From an uncultured virus (IMG/VR IMGVR_UViG_3300032212_000001) (taxonomy: Duplodnaviria > Heunggongvirae > Uroviricota > Caudoviricetes), in the IMG/VR virus record IMGVR_UViG_3300032212_000001: 62,372 nucleotides of DNA; one strand, given 5' to 3'. This document shows positions 28,185-38,159 of the stretch, piece after piece (position 1 is the stretch's first letter; the number at the start of each line of letters is the position of its first letter). Below the pieces are notes generated by a model. The model worked only from the letters and a program-made list of their open reading frames with translations, did not search any database and was not told the DNA's origin. The translations under genes were made by a program, and so were the position numbers.

Positions 28185-30740
28185 ATGTCAGTACGCGCTT
28201 TACGCAGAGTTGCAAATAAGGCGCACCAAATCGAAATTTCTGATTCAGAAACAATGTTTGCCGGGGGAGTTGACGTATCTGCGGCTGCTGCGGCTGTGGT
28301 CTTCCCGACCGCTACAACATTGACGATTGGTGGGGCCTCGACCGAGAACAATTTTTCCGGTGACTTGAACGCTGATGGAGGTATCGACAGATCTTCCGCC
28401 GCTGCTCTTGATATCGCCGGGTCTGGTGCCAACGCGACGAGCGTTAATCTTGGAACGGGTGATGCCGTGACAGGAGTAACTGTTGGTGGTGGCGCTGGTT
28501 ATACAGGATCGACGATTGGTAAGTCCGGTGAAACGGACACCATTCTTGGCGACCTTGTTATCAATGGAAACTTGACCATCGCCGGAGACGCTTTTCAGGG
28601 CGCTGTGGAGAACAGCGCCTACGCTGATAATCATCTCTACCTCAACGCTGGTTATGAGACCACTTCAGCCCAGACCGCTGGTCTTGTCGCGAATTACTTG
28701 CCTTTGGCAACGAATGATACTGTTGCTGCCACTGGCTTTGTTGCTGGTATCGCCGCGACATCGAATCCGACTGTTGCAACCACAGGAGCGGCGACGTTCT
28801 CCGTGGGTCAGCTTATCCAGATTTCTGGTGCTGACAATGCCAATAACAACGGTGTCTTTGAGGTCTTGAGCCATGCTGCAAACCTCTTGACCATTCGCGG
28901 TGTTGGAACAACAGCGACAGTCGAAGACTTCACGAACAATCAGTTCACCACAGACACGACTGTTGCCGGAACTATTCGTCAAGTCAGCGTGAGCGTTATG
29001 CGCTCAGGTGTTGACGGTCTTTGGGAGACGGCTCAGGGCTCTGTGACAGGTCTTACATTCGCTGACCTTGCGACTGCCGCTGGATCGACTCTTCAGAGCG
29101 CCTACAGTGCTTCTGGAGCCCCTGCGACAATCACGACGGACGCGACTAACGACGAATTTACCGTGGCCGGGACTGCTGGCCTTTACGTCACTGGAACTGG
29201 AGCCGACAACGCAACAGCCCCCGTGGGCTTTGGCTTTGTTGTCGATACTACAGGCGCTTATCGTCTCGATTCGGACGCTGCTTCGAACATGAACGTCACG
29301 GGTGCAAATCTTGACGTGACAACAACTACTTCGGGCGCGATCAATGTGAGTTCCGCTGGAGCTTTGAATCTTGACTCGGCCAGTGACGCTTCTATCAATT
29401 CGAGCGCTGGCAATGTCAACGTTGCGAATGACGCTGTTGCTCAAACGGTAAACGTAGCAACGGGAGCCGCCGCCAAGACCGTTAATATCGGATCTCAAAC
29501 GGGCGCTTCAAGCGTGACGATTGATTCAGGGACCGGCGCGATCAATGTTGGAACGGGAGGGCAAGCTCGCTCGATCAACATTGGAACGGGTGCCGCTGCT
29601 CAAACGCTTGTTTTCGGATCAACTGACACGACTTCCAGTGTCACGATCAACGCGGGAACGGGTAACATCGACATTGGAACGACCGCTCAGGCTCGCACCG
29701 CGAATTTTGCGACTGGTGGCGCTGCCCAAACGGTGACTGTTGGCTCGACCAATGGCGCGTCTTCAATGACGATTGACGCTGGCACAGGAACGATCTCTAT
29801 TGGAGGCAGTGCTTCGGCTCGCGCAATCAATATTGGAACGGGTGCCGCTGCTCAAACGGTTGCTGTTGGATCTCAGAATGGTGCTTCGAGCCTCACTCTC
29901 GATTCTGGAACCGGAAATATCAACATCGGAACGGGAGCCCAGGCTCGCTCGATTAACGTCGGAACGGGTGCCGCTGCTCAAACGGTTGTTGTTGGATCTC
30001 AGACCGCTGGTTCTGCCACAACAATTGATTCTGGAACCGGAAATATCAACATCGGAACCACTATTGCCAAGACCATCGCTATCGGTAACACGACCGGCGC
30101 AACGGCTCTTGACTTTGATGCTGGAACAGGTGGCGTTTCCATTAATGCAACAGCCGGTGGCGATATCGCCTTGACCGTTGCATCCGACGCGGCAAGCGAT
30201 GTGACTTTTGCGGCTCATGGTTCGGGAGCGATCCCATTCAACAGCGCAACGGCTGGTCAAACGACTCTCAACGGTTCTTTACCGCAGAACGTTATTGGTG
30301 CGATCAATACGATCTTCACAGGTTCTTCCTCGGCTGGTGTTGTCAGTAACGCTGTGACCGCTGGCGCGGCGTTGGCTATCGGTCAGTGTGTTTACACGAC
30401 GACGACTGACGACCGTGTTGATGTGACCGACGTATCGACTGACACGGCTGCATCTGAGTTCATTGGAATCTGCACGACGGCAGCGGCTTCGGCTGGTGAT
30501 CCCGTGACGGTTGCAACACAAGGACTCATTGACGTTCAAGTGGAAGCCGCTACATACGTTTCTGGTGACGCCATCTATCTCTCGGCTGCTACAAACGGTC
30601 GGGCCACTAGAACGGCTCCCTCGGCGTCTGGGAACGTTGTCTTCCGAATCGGTTTCGCGCAAACGGATATTGGTGTGAAAACGGCTGGTCAAACAGTCAA
30701 GATTCACATTGCCCGCGCTGTTCGGTTCACGCTGGTTTGA
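28185..30740 (+). CDS. Long G/A/T/S-rich beta-helix fibre/spike protein
   Basis: GGAGG RBS; 38-aa repeats; C-terminal decoration-like domain. Confidence 0.75.
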   Translation: MSVRALRRVANKAHQIEISDSETMFAGGVDVSAAAAAVVFPTATTLTIGGASTENNFSGDLNADGGIDRSSAAALDIAGSGANATSVNLGTGDAVTGVTVGGGAGYTGSTIGKSGETDTILGDLVINGNLTIAGDAFQGAVENSAYADNHLYLNAGYETTSAQTAGLVANYLPLATNDTVAATGFVAGIAATSNPTVATTGAATFSVGQLIQISGADNANNNGVFEVLSHAANLLTIRGVGTTATVEDFTNNQFTTDTTVAGTIRQVSVSVMRSGVDGLWETAQGSVTGLTFADLATAAGSTLQSAYSASGAPATITTDATNDEFTVAGTAGLYVTGTGADNATAPVGFGFVVDTTGAYRLDSDAASNMNVTGANLDVTTTTSGAINVSSAGALNLDSASDASINSSAGNVNVANDAVAQTVNVATGAAAKTVNIGSQTGASSVTIDSGTGAINVGTGGQARSINIGTGAAAQTLVFGSTDTTSSVTINAGTGNIDIGTTAQARTANFATGGAAQTVTVGSTNGASSMTIDAGTGTISIGGSASARAINIGTGAAAQTVAVGSQNGASSLTLDSGTGNINIGTGAQARSINVGTGAAAQTVVVGSQTAGSATTIDSGTGNINIGTTIAKTIAIGNTTGATALDFDAGTGGVSINATAGGDIALTVASDAASDVTFAAHGSGAIPFNSATAGQTTLNGSLPQNVIGAINTIFTGSSSAGVVSNAVTAGAALAIGQCVYTTTTDDRVDVTDVSTDTAASEFIGICTTAAASAGDPVTVATQGLIDVQVEAATYVSGDAIYLSAATNGRATRTAPSASGNVVFRIGFAQTDIGVKTAGQTVKIHIARAVRFTLV
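29390..30140 (+). repeat. About 6-7 degenerate 114-nt (38-aa) tandem coding repeats
   Basis: SxTIDSGTGxINIGTGxQARSINIGTGAAAQTVxVGS repeated; GGAACGGGTGCCGCTGCTCAAACG recurs exactly. Confidence 0.85.
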
Positions 30741-30815
30741 TAAGGATCATGCGAGGCAGTTTTTTGGTAACATGACTGCCCATGGCTTCTTTCTTTAGGA
30801 GCTGTTATCCAAGAG

Positions 30816-30849
30816 AAGCAGGAAGGGTTGTCCTTCCTGCTTTTTTTTT
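30816..30849 (+). terminator. Rho-independent terminator
   Basis: AAGCAGGAAGG-GTTGT-CCTTCCTGCTT-TTTTTTT. Confidence 0.9.
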
Positions 30850-30904
30850 GGCATAATGCTTACCTCGTAATCGGATAACAGCCAAAAAGAAAAGAGTTTT
30901 CGTC

Positions 30905-31471
30905 ATGAGTAACAATAGAAGGCGCAAGAAACCCAGCAATAAAAGGGTTCAAAAAGCGGCAATGAGAAAAAGCCAAAAAGCGGCTAGTGCCGGTCCTGTT
31001 TCTGCGACGGAGAAGAAGTCACTAGAACAGATGGAAGCTGAAGAAAAAAAGATACCGGGTGTTTGGTATCCGGCTTCCAAACAACAAGGTTTGGCTGGCG
31101 ATCTTGTGAACGCTCTCAATACGATTTCTTCACTCCGCAACGTAGTTGCTGGCCTTCATGACCAGCTTGCTGCGTCGAACAAGACAAACGCTGAGTTCCA
31201 AAGACAGCTTACCCTTTTGCAGACGGATGGTTTTCTTGAAAGAGTCGGCCTGAAGAATTGCGAAATGCGTATCGACCAACAAGGTCAATGGGTGTTTACG
31301 CCCAAGAAAGCGGAGGAAAACGTCGTCGATCTTGAAAAAGATTCAGTCGAGTATGACGAAGAATACGACGGCGACGAATACGATGACGAAGAAGAGCCGA
31401 TCCCCGAAGATCCTCCTGAAGTCGTCGTAGAGGCCAGCAAAGAAAAGGCAAAAGCGCCTCAAAAGGTTTAG
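30905..31471 (+). CDS. Hypothetical protein (basic N-terminus, coiled coil, acidic tail)
   Basis: 188-aa ORF between two terminators. Confidence 0.75.
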   Translation: MSNNRRRKKPSNKRVQKAAMRKSQKAASAGPVSATEKKSLEQMEAEEKKIPGVWYPASKQQGLAGDLVNALNTISSLRNVVAGLHDQLAASNKTNAEFQRQLTLLQTDGFLERVGLKNCEMRIDQQGQWVFTPKKAEENVVDLEKDSVEYDEEYDGDEYDDEEEPIPEDPPEVVVEASKEKAKAPQKV

Positions 31472-31492
31472 GAAAGCGTTTTCCTTACTGTG

Positions 31493-31530
31493 AAATGAAA
31501 GAGTGGCTTGGCGGCTGCTCTTTCATTTTT
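31493..31530 (+). terminator. Rho-independent terminator
   Basis: AAATGAAAGAGTGGCT-TGGC-GGCTGCTCTTTCATTT-TT. Confidence 0.8.
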
Positions 31531-31598
31531 CGTTGTAAGCGTAGTTCCTTGCTCCTACAATGATCGGGAAACTACGAAAAGAACATTGGAGGTCTATT

Positions 31599-32111
31599 AT
31601 GGCTCGTCCTTACATCGAGCGTGGACACTTTGATCGTGCTGGCCGTTGGCACCCTGACAGTGGACCTCATATGGGTGAAGCTTCCGGTCCAGAGGGCTAC
31701 CCCGATTTCAGTCAAGCATTTCAGGACATTGGAAGCAACTTCGTTGACAACGTGAATCAAGCGGCGACGAAGGGCGTCATGAGTGCTGCTCATGTAAGAG
31801 TCCGGTCTCAGATAACGCCTGACTTGAATGTCAACCTTCAAGACGTTGTTGGTCAGATGGATAAAAAGGACGACCAGGGTTCGTCCGAGGCTGGCCCCGG
31901 TTTGTTCGGACAGGCAACCCACTGGTTTCTGAAAAACATCGCTCGTCCAGAGGTCGAGTTGAATGTTTTAGGAACAAAACGGATTATTGCACCTTGGGGA
32001 AGGCCAGAAAGAGATTATACTGCCGCTTTCTGGATTACTATGGCAGCGGGATTTGGCAGTGTCGCCTACCTTGGTTACAAAGCTATCGGACGTGTGCAGA
32101 GAGGTCAGTAA
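31599..32111 (+). CDS. Putative virion membrane protein, C-terminal TM helix
   Basis: GGAGG RBS; AAFWITMAAGFGSVAYLGY followed by a basic tail. Confidence 0.7.
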   Translation: MARPYIERGHFDRAGRWHPDSGPHMGEASGPEGYPDFSQAFQDIGSNFVDNVNQAATKGVMSAAHVRVRSQITPDLNVNLQDVVGQMDKKDDQGSSEAGPGLFGQATHWFLKNIARPEVELNVLGTKRIIAPWGRPERDYTAAFWITMAAGFGSVAYLGYKAIGRVQRGQ

Positions 32112-32518
32112 TGCCTTCCTTTAAGATTCTCGGACAAACAAATGCTTCTCCTCTTGTTCCACAGAGGCTTGCTGTCCCCCCCGCTGGAGACGATAAGGTT
32201 GAATCCGTATTCAAGGGGGCCGTTGACAAGGTTTCCATTGAAAACGCGGATCGCAATATTCACGTCTGGGGAAAAGCTCAGGCTGTTGGTGCTGAAGCTG
32301 TTGTGAGGGTGCATTTCTACGACGAGAACGACGCTTTCATGTTCCCGTCAGAAGAGGTGACAATCACAACCATCGACCATACGGTCAGTGTAGCGACGGC
32401 TGGTCACAACAAGACGACTGCCCATGTCACATTCATGAACCCTGGCGCGAGATATTACAGGATTTTTGTAGTATCAGCCACGGCTACATTTGATGTCTTT
32501 GGAGGTCGCCAGCCATGA
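32111..32518 (+). CDS. Putative structural protein (beta-rich, 135 aa)
   Basis: TAATG overlap with the previous gene; alternating beta pattern. Confidence 0.65.
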   Translation: MPSFKILGQTNASPLVPQRLAVPPAGDDKVESVFKGAVDKVSIENADRNIHVWGKAQAVGAEAVVRVHFYDENDAFMFPSEEVTITTIDHTVSVATAGHNKTTAHVTFMNPGARYYRIFVVSATATFDVFGGRQP

Positions 32519-33009
32519 GTCACTTCGCTACTGTCCAACTTCGCGGTCTTAGCAAGGGGGCCATCGACCACTTTCTCCGTCAAGCGGGAGTCGGAAGTGG
32601 CGGTTCTCCGGCTTCCTCCGGTTCTGTCCTCATGCGTTATGCGGCAAGGGCGGCTGTCCCTGCCGGTGGAACTCGATACCTTGATATTCTGCGGGGTATT
32701 CCAACAAGTGTCCTTGGTGACAGTATTACGGCAGCGGGAACCTTGAAGGGAATTGTTATTGGGGTGAATAACGCCGAGAACAATATCACTGGTAATGATT
32801 ATATCCTTGAGGTTTGTAGCAATCCGGCTGCGCCGGTTGTTTTGCAGAGCTTGTCTTTCCCTAAAGGTCTTAAGCGAAGGACGCAGCGTGGATTTACTGA
32901 CGCGATCCCTGCCGGTACTGAGCTTTGCGTAAGAATGAGACGGACAAGTGGGTCTGGCGGCAGTGCTTTTAATCGAATCGTTTGCGTCTTGGAGTATGTC
33001 TTGCCATGA
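32515..33009 (+). CDS. Putative spike/vertex protein
   Basis: ATGA overlap; C-terminal beta-sandwich resembles that of 34760-35350. Confidence 0.6.
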   Translation: MSHFATVQLRGLSKGAIDHFLRQAGVGSGGSPASSGSVLMRYAARAAVPAGGTRYLDILRGIPTSVLGDSITAAGTLKGIVIGVNNAENNITGNDYILEVCSNPAAPVVLQSLSFPKGLKRRTQRGFTDAIPAGTELCVRMRRTSGSGGSAFNRIVCVLEYVLP

Positions 33010-33791
33010 GCCGAAAGCTTATTATCAAGAGCAATCCAGCGACTTTGGCGAATGTTCTTATTCGCGATCTGGGTTTCGATGTTACATTTGGCGGGGCTTC
33101 CCCATTCGTTGAACTTTTGGATACAGAAGAGATCGCAGAAGCTTCAGCGAGCGAAGATCTTAGGACTTTGACGACCGATGACGCTTTTGGAGTGAACTCT
33201 TCGACGTTGATTTTGAATAACGGCGTAGACGACATTCCCCAGGGCGATATCGATGCCTTCCTCGCTGGTATTGAAACAGAGCCTTTGCATAACTTCGACG
33301 CAAGCGGCCCTCCCCAACTAACCGACGACCAGGACAAGGGTTATTCTTCGGGTTCTCAATGGATTGACAAGTCCCAGGTTCCACCAGATATCTACATGTG
33401 CGTTGGTGCTGCGAGTGGTGCCGCTGAATGGCAAGCAATTGGTGGGGGCATGGCCGCATCGGGTAACGAAGAAGCCCTGACCATTGATTTCGCTTTTGGC
33501 GATGTTTCTCCAAAGATCGTTGGGATACTGAATCCAGGCGATATTGTCATTAACAGCGAGCTTGACATTATCACGCCATTTAATGATCCAGCGGCCTCTT
33601 TAGCCCTGGGGACAATCGCGGTCCCCGGAAGGTTTCTAGGGACAAATGAAAGTCAGCCTGATGTCGGTGGAAACTACGTCAATCAGTCAAACTTCCCAAT
33701 GACTGTAGCTGAACAGTGTCGCCTGACCATAAGTCCTGGTACTTCTACGCAGGGGATCGGAAGAGTTGTCGTAACAGTAAGAAGGGCTTGA
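33006..33791 (+). CDS. Putative spike/fibre adaptor protein
   Basis: ATGA overlap; PPQLTDDQDKGYSSGSQWID fibre-type module; shares domains with neighbouring genes. Confidence 0.6.
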   Translation: MSRKLIIKSNPATLANVLIRDLGFDVTFGGASPFVELLDTEEIAEASASEDLRTLTTDDAFGVNSSTLILNNGVDDIPQGDIDAFLAGIETEPLHNFDASGPPQLTDDQDKGYSSGSQWIDKSQVPPDIYMCVGAASGAAEWQAIGGGMAASGNEEALTIDFAFGDVSPKIVGILNPGDIVINSELDIITPFNDPAASLALGTIAVPGRFLGTNESQPDVGGNYVNQSNFPMTVAEQCRLTISPGTSTQGIGRVVVTVRRA

Positions 33792-33834
33792 CGTTTAAGC
33801 CCTATTAATCAATTGAAAATAGGAGTTTTTGGAG

Positions 33835-34686
33835 ATGAGTGTTTACGAGAAACTACGAGGTTTCGTAGGAAACATTTTCCAGTTTGGATTTGATGGCGTC
33901 CAAGCCAAGCCGCAAGGCGCTTCGGCTATGGATTTGGTGAACAGCACCGATTCGGGCTTTGCCAACCTGCGTGTTGCGACACCTTTGGTAGACAACGACG
34001 CGGTGACAAAGCTTTACGCTGACACCTTGACGAAGCCTCTGATCGTTAAGAGACAGGCTGACACGAGCGCATCATTGCCGAATAACACGGCTGTTCGCGG
34101 TTTTGTTGTTGTGACCACAGCCGGTAGCGGCGCAGTTATTGGCGACTTGCTTTTTGACAACGGCCAAAACGACGCCGCGCCTATGACGATTCTTGGCGGT
34201 GGACCCCAGGAAGGCAGAACGATTGCGGTCACTGATCCGCTAACAGGTGGAACGATCACCTTTGACGCGGAAAGTCTCTACATTTGGGACAGCGACGGTT
34301 CATCATGGGTGAAGATTGGCGACATCGGTTCTGTGACCGGAGCGGAACGGGTCATCGAGGTTCCTTTTGTCTTCGGTGACGAGAACGGTAACGTCGAAAG
34401 CACCGCCGACATTCCGGCGAACGCAAAGATAACTCGCACGGTCGTTGATATCACGACTGTTTTCGATGACGGCGACACCACGATTGAACTTGGACGTGCT
34501 AGTAGCGCTGCTTTGCTCCAAACGAGTGACGCGAATCGCCCAACTCTTGTTTCGCAGTTCAACTGCAAAGAGGTCATCGCTTGGGGCGGCACCGCTGGCA
34601 AGGCCCGCGTGACTCTTGGCGGTGGAACGACCAACAGCACAGGGGCGGGAACGGCTTACTTCTTCTACACGACTCCAAATAGCTAA
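33835..34686 (+). CDS. Putative spike/fibre protein
   Basis: GGAG RBS; VATPLVDNDAVTKLYAD fibre neck-like motif; C-terminal domain shared with 33006-33791. Confidence 0.6.
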   Translation: MSVYEKLRGFVGNIFQFGFDGVQAKPQGASAMDLVNSTDSGFANLRVATPLVDNDAVTKLYADTLTKPLIVKRQADTSASLPNNTAVRGFVVVTTAGSGAVIGDLLFDNGQNDAAPMTILGGGPQEGRTIAVTDPLTGGTITFDAESLYIWDSDGSSWVKIGDIGSVTGAERVIEVPFVFGDENGNVESTADIPANAKITRTVVDITTVFDDGDTTIELGRASSAALLQTSDANRPTLVSQFNCKEVIAWGGTAGKARVTLGGGTTNSTGAGTAYFFYTTPNS

Positions 34687-34759
34687 GAAAACGTTTTCTT
34701 GGTTTTTAATCTGGCAGGGGTTTAATAAGCTTCTGCCTTTTTTGCGCGGAGTAGTAAGA

Positions 34760-35350
34760 ATGGGCCAAGTTTATGACAGGCTTGACGGGACAACAAGAAG
34801 TCAGTTCTTGATTACTCCCGCAAGCTTTGTCGGTCCTCCCACGACAGACTTCCACCAAAAGGGTGAAGCCCACGTTGACTCTAGCGGGGATTGGTGGTTC
34901 TGTATAACTTCAGGGACGCCTGGGACGTGGGTTAAGGGCCTTGACTTGTCAACGGGTGTGAGTGGGAACCCTGCTTTTACTACGATGGCTTGTCGAAACA
35001 ATAATAACGCCACGGATTTGTGGCTTCGCGGCGCAGACCGTTTGCCAATGAATCAAAGTCCTTTGCGCTTGCCCTTTGACGCAAGGCTTACTCACATATC
35101 AGGGACGACGAACGGGAACGAAACTTTTGACTTTGAAGTCTACAAGAACGCTGATGTGAGAGCCGGTGGTATTCCAAGTGACGCCAATAAGATAGCAGAG
35201 CTTCAATTCGTAGCCCAACAGGCTGGTGATATCGACTTGACAGGATCTCCGGTTGATTTAGTTCAAGGTGACGAGATCGGCGTCTATATGCGTGGAACGA
35301 ACGTGAATAGACCTCGGGTTGATCTATTCTTCACGAGGAGATTTCCTTAA
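34760..35350 (+). CDS. Putative spike protein
   Basis: GPPTT..KGE..WWFCITSGTPGTW fibre module plus a beta-sandwich. Confidence 0.6.
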   Translation: MGQVYDRLDGTTRSQFLITPASFVGPPTTDFHQKGEAHVDSSGDWWFCITSGTPGTWVKGLDLSTGVSGNPAFTTMACRNNNNATDLWLRGADRLPMNQSPLRLPFDARLTHISGTTNGNETFDFEVYKNADVRAGGIPSDANKIAELQFVAQQAGDIDLTGSPVDLVQGDEIGVYMRGTNVNRPRVDLFFTRRFP

Positions 35351-36660
35351 TGTCATTCATATTCACGACAACTGGCGTTGAAGACACTGTTGTTTTCAAC
35401 GACCTTGGCGGAAGGTCATTCTCCCACCCAACCACAAGCTTTGACTTGTCGAATGAGTTTGATTCAGAGGAAATTGCGGCGAGTCTTGATATACAGACAG
35501 CCCTAGACAACAACTGGATAACGGTTGTTGATAGCAACGGCGAGCCCATATCAAACGTCTTATCTGCAACGTCTGCGATCCCTCTGGCGACGTTGCTTGA
35601 GGCTCAGTCTGGAGCTAGTTCAGAAAGACGAGCTTGGTCTCCTGAGCGCATTAGGCAAGCTGTGGAGGCTATCAGTTCGGCGATATCACTTGGCAATAGG
35701 ATCAGTGTTCTCGACGTTGCCGGTGGTCAATCCGTAAATGGATCGTTCAACGATATAGTTTTTGACGCAGAAGACGAGAAGGAAGGCTTTGTTTTCTCTG
35801 CCCCTTCTGTGGCGGTTTCCCCTGTCAATGACGGTCTCTACATCGTAGCGTCTCACATTACGCTCGACCATGTAGCTAATAGCTCCAGAACAAATTGCGA
35901 TGCGAGACTTTTGCTTGACGGCCAAGAAGTGAGAGGAACTCGCATAGCGATGTATCATCGTTCTTCTTCTCAAGGGCAGCAAACAGGAGGATTTCTTCGC
36001 CTTCTTCGCCTGACCGCTGGGCAAATATTGAAATTGCAAGCTCGACGCCGAAGCGGAACGGGAACAATTCAGACAAGCCCTGATGGGACAGGTCTGACTT
36101 TATTCGAAGTCGGCAAGGGAGCGAAGGGTGATAAGGGTGACACTGGGGCAGGATCGAACATTATTGTTCTCGACAACGGTGTTGTCATTGGGAACTCGCC
36201 TGTTTCCGAAGTCAACTTCAAAGGTGACGTGACGCTTACTCCGGTCGGCCAGGACCGGGTTGATGTGACTGTTGGAGCGACTGTCACGAAGTATTGGAAG
36301 AGATCCGAATCTGAGAGTAACAAAACAAGCACAGGTTATGGAACAGCAAAGGTCATTTTTTCTAACAACATGGCCGCTGGAAATTATCAAGTGTCCTGGT
36401 GGTATGAAGGAAAAGCCGACGACGACGATGACCGCATTAAAGTCAAAGCTGAAATCGGTGGAACGACGGTCCATGAGGTTGAATACGCGCCCGGAGGCGA
36501 TGACGGAGCAGGTTGGGGACCGGGAGCCGGTTCTATTCCGTACACTCATGCCGGTGGCGATCTCGAAGTCGAGTTGTTCTATGCCTCGTCCGATGGCAAT
36601 AGAGTGAGGATTCGCAGGGCTCGAATTATGGTCCAAAAGTCTAACAACGTGGAGTTGTAA
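35350..36660 (+). CDS. Putative receptor-binding/spike protein (C1q/TNF-like domain, short collagen-like stretch)
   Basis: DGLYIVASHITL..LRLTAGQILKLQAR C1q-like pattern; GAKGDKGDTG. Confidence 0.6.
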   Translation: MSFIFTTTGVEDTVVFNDLGGRSFSHPTTSFDLSNEFDSEEIAASLDIQTALDNNWITVVDSNGEPISNVLSATSAIPLATLLEAQSGASSERRAWSPERIRQAVEAISSAISLGNRISVLDVAGGQSVNGSFNDIVFDAEDEKEGFVFSAPSVAVSPVNDGLYIVASHITLDHVANSSRTNCDARLLLDGQEVRGTRIAMYHRSSSQGQQTGGFLRLLRLTAGQILKLQARRRSGTGTIQTSPDGTGLTLFEVGKGAKGDKGDTGAGSNIIVLDNGVVIGNSPVSEVNFKGDVTLTPVGQDRVDVTVGATVTKYWKRSESESNKTSTGYGTAKVIFSNNMAAGNYQVSWWYEGKADDDDDRIKVKAEIGGTTVHEVEYAPGGDDGAGWGPGAGSIPYTHAGGDLEVELFYASSDGNRVRIRRARIMVQKSNNVEL

Positions 36661-36664
36661 ACAA

Positions 36665-38146
36665 ATGTCTGCTGAAACAATAATTTACGTTGCAAGCCGC
36701 GAGTTCGACCAAGGTGTTGCTCTTGACGCTTTGGATAAAACAATTCGTGATTTGAAGCTGGGGGCGAATTATGACGGCTCTCGCTATGAAGAGGGCTCTG
36801 ACCTAGTTTACCTAGACTTTTTAGCCGAAGTAGGGGAGATAGATCGCGGCAAAATTGACGCTTCGACCGTTCTTCCCGTTCATGACTTCCAGACCGACGC
36901 CACCTTAGACCCAGGCGCGACACCGACACACGGCGACCGATACATCTTGTCTGATACGACAAGCCTTCATGCAAACTTTGGGGCCATTCCAGGGGTTGAC
37001 GACTGGGACATCGTTCAATACAACGCGGTGGCCGGTGAGTTTGAGATCGTCTTTAATGCCTCCGCTGAAGACTCGGGCCTTGTTCAAAATCATGACGACC
37101 ACTGGTTCTACACGTTCAACAGTGTTCAATGGATTCCCGGCAACGCTTCCGGTGTTATCGCTGCTCATGATGGTCAAGCACTTCCACAGGGCGCAAAGCT
37201 CGTCACGATTGACCATACCGAGGGGGCATTGCCCGTCATTGGCGGGAAGACTAAAGACAAAAGTATCCTTCTCTTTAGTTGTGACTTAACGAAGCGCTGG
37301 ACGTGGTATCTGGACGCTGTGGCCGCGACTAGTGAAGTCCCCTCTGGAGTTATTGACGGCTCTAATAAGGACTTTTCTTTGGCGCTGGACTCGGACGCTG
37401 ATTCGGTCCTTCTAGATATTTACGGTCAAATAACGGACGTTTTTGCTTTGAAGCCTCACCCATGTCAAATGGACGACGGCGAATGGGGACCACAGGGAGG
37501 TTATCTCCCTGTGGTCGTCTCTGATGGCGTTCCTTTGAAGCAAGCCCGTCCTCATAGAGATCCTGCCGACGAGCTTGCAAACAAAGGCCGAGGCTGGTAT
37601 TGGAATCGTGCTGCCAAAACGATTCATCTTAAAGACGCTCCAACAACGTCTTTGACCATAGACTACTGGTATGTTCCCAAAAATGCCCAGGGCTACATAA
37701 TGCGCCTTGTCAAGCCACCCGAAGGCAAGAAGTGGACCATAGACTACGTTGAAACACAATTCGGCGAAGACTTCGACTATAACGACACAATCATCTTTGG
37801 CGCTCACCCAATGGACAAACCTTGGTTTCCTCTCAAACCAGAGCTTCACTACACGTCCATGGACGAGATTGACGACTACTCGATTCGATCAGTCCCAGAC
37901 ATTCAACCTGCGGGGGCGAATAGTGACCCTAATAATACGCGGGGCACGACGGTCGCTAAACAGCTTCGTTTTTGGGAATACATCGAAGAATTGAGTGTGG
38001 ACAACACAACAGTTGACTTGACTCCATACGCTCATTTGGGGCTTGGTCACGAACTTATCGAGCTGTCTGCACGTCTCGAAGAAGGTATCGACTTCGGAGG
38101 ATCTCGGGCGACCGTTACGATCCGAATTTTGGAGTCTGACGCCTAA
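36665..38146 (+). CDS. Putative virion structural protein
   Basis: TPTHGDRYI.. and EVPSGVIDGSNKDFSL modules typical of phage fibres. Confidence 0.6.
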   Translation: MSAETIIYVASREFDQGVALDALDKTIRDLKLGANYDGSRYEEGSDLVYLDFLAEVGEIDRGKIDASTVLPVHDFQTDATLDPGATPTHGDRYILSDTTSLHANFGAIPGVDDWDIVQYNAVAGEFEIVFNASAEDSGLVQNHDDHWFYTFNSVQWIPGNASGVIAAHDGQALPQGAKLVTIDHTEGALPVIGGKTKDKSILLFSCDLTKRWTWYLDAVAATSEVPSGVIDGSNKDFSLALDSDADSVLLDIYGQITDVFALKPHPCQMDDGEWGPQGGYLPVVVSDGVPLKQARPHRDPADELANKGRGWYWNRAAKTIHLKDAPTTSLTIDYWYVPKNAQGYIMRLVKPPEGKKWTIDYVETQFGEDFDYNDTIIFGAHPMDKPWFPLKPELHYTSMDEIDDYSIRSVPDIQPAGANSDPNNTRGTTVAKQLRFWEYIEELSVDNTTVDLTPYAHLGLGHELIELSARLEEGIDFGGSRATVTIRILESDA

Positions 38147-38159
38147 GAATTGAGTAACT

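Noticed and set aside
29390..30140. Repeats as a CRISPR array or a DGR template/variable pair
   Set aside because: They are in-frame protein repeats without unique spacers or an adenine-specific mismatch pattern, and no cas or reverse transcriptase gene is in the window.
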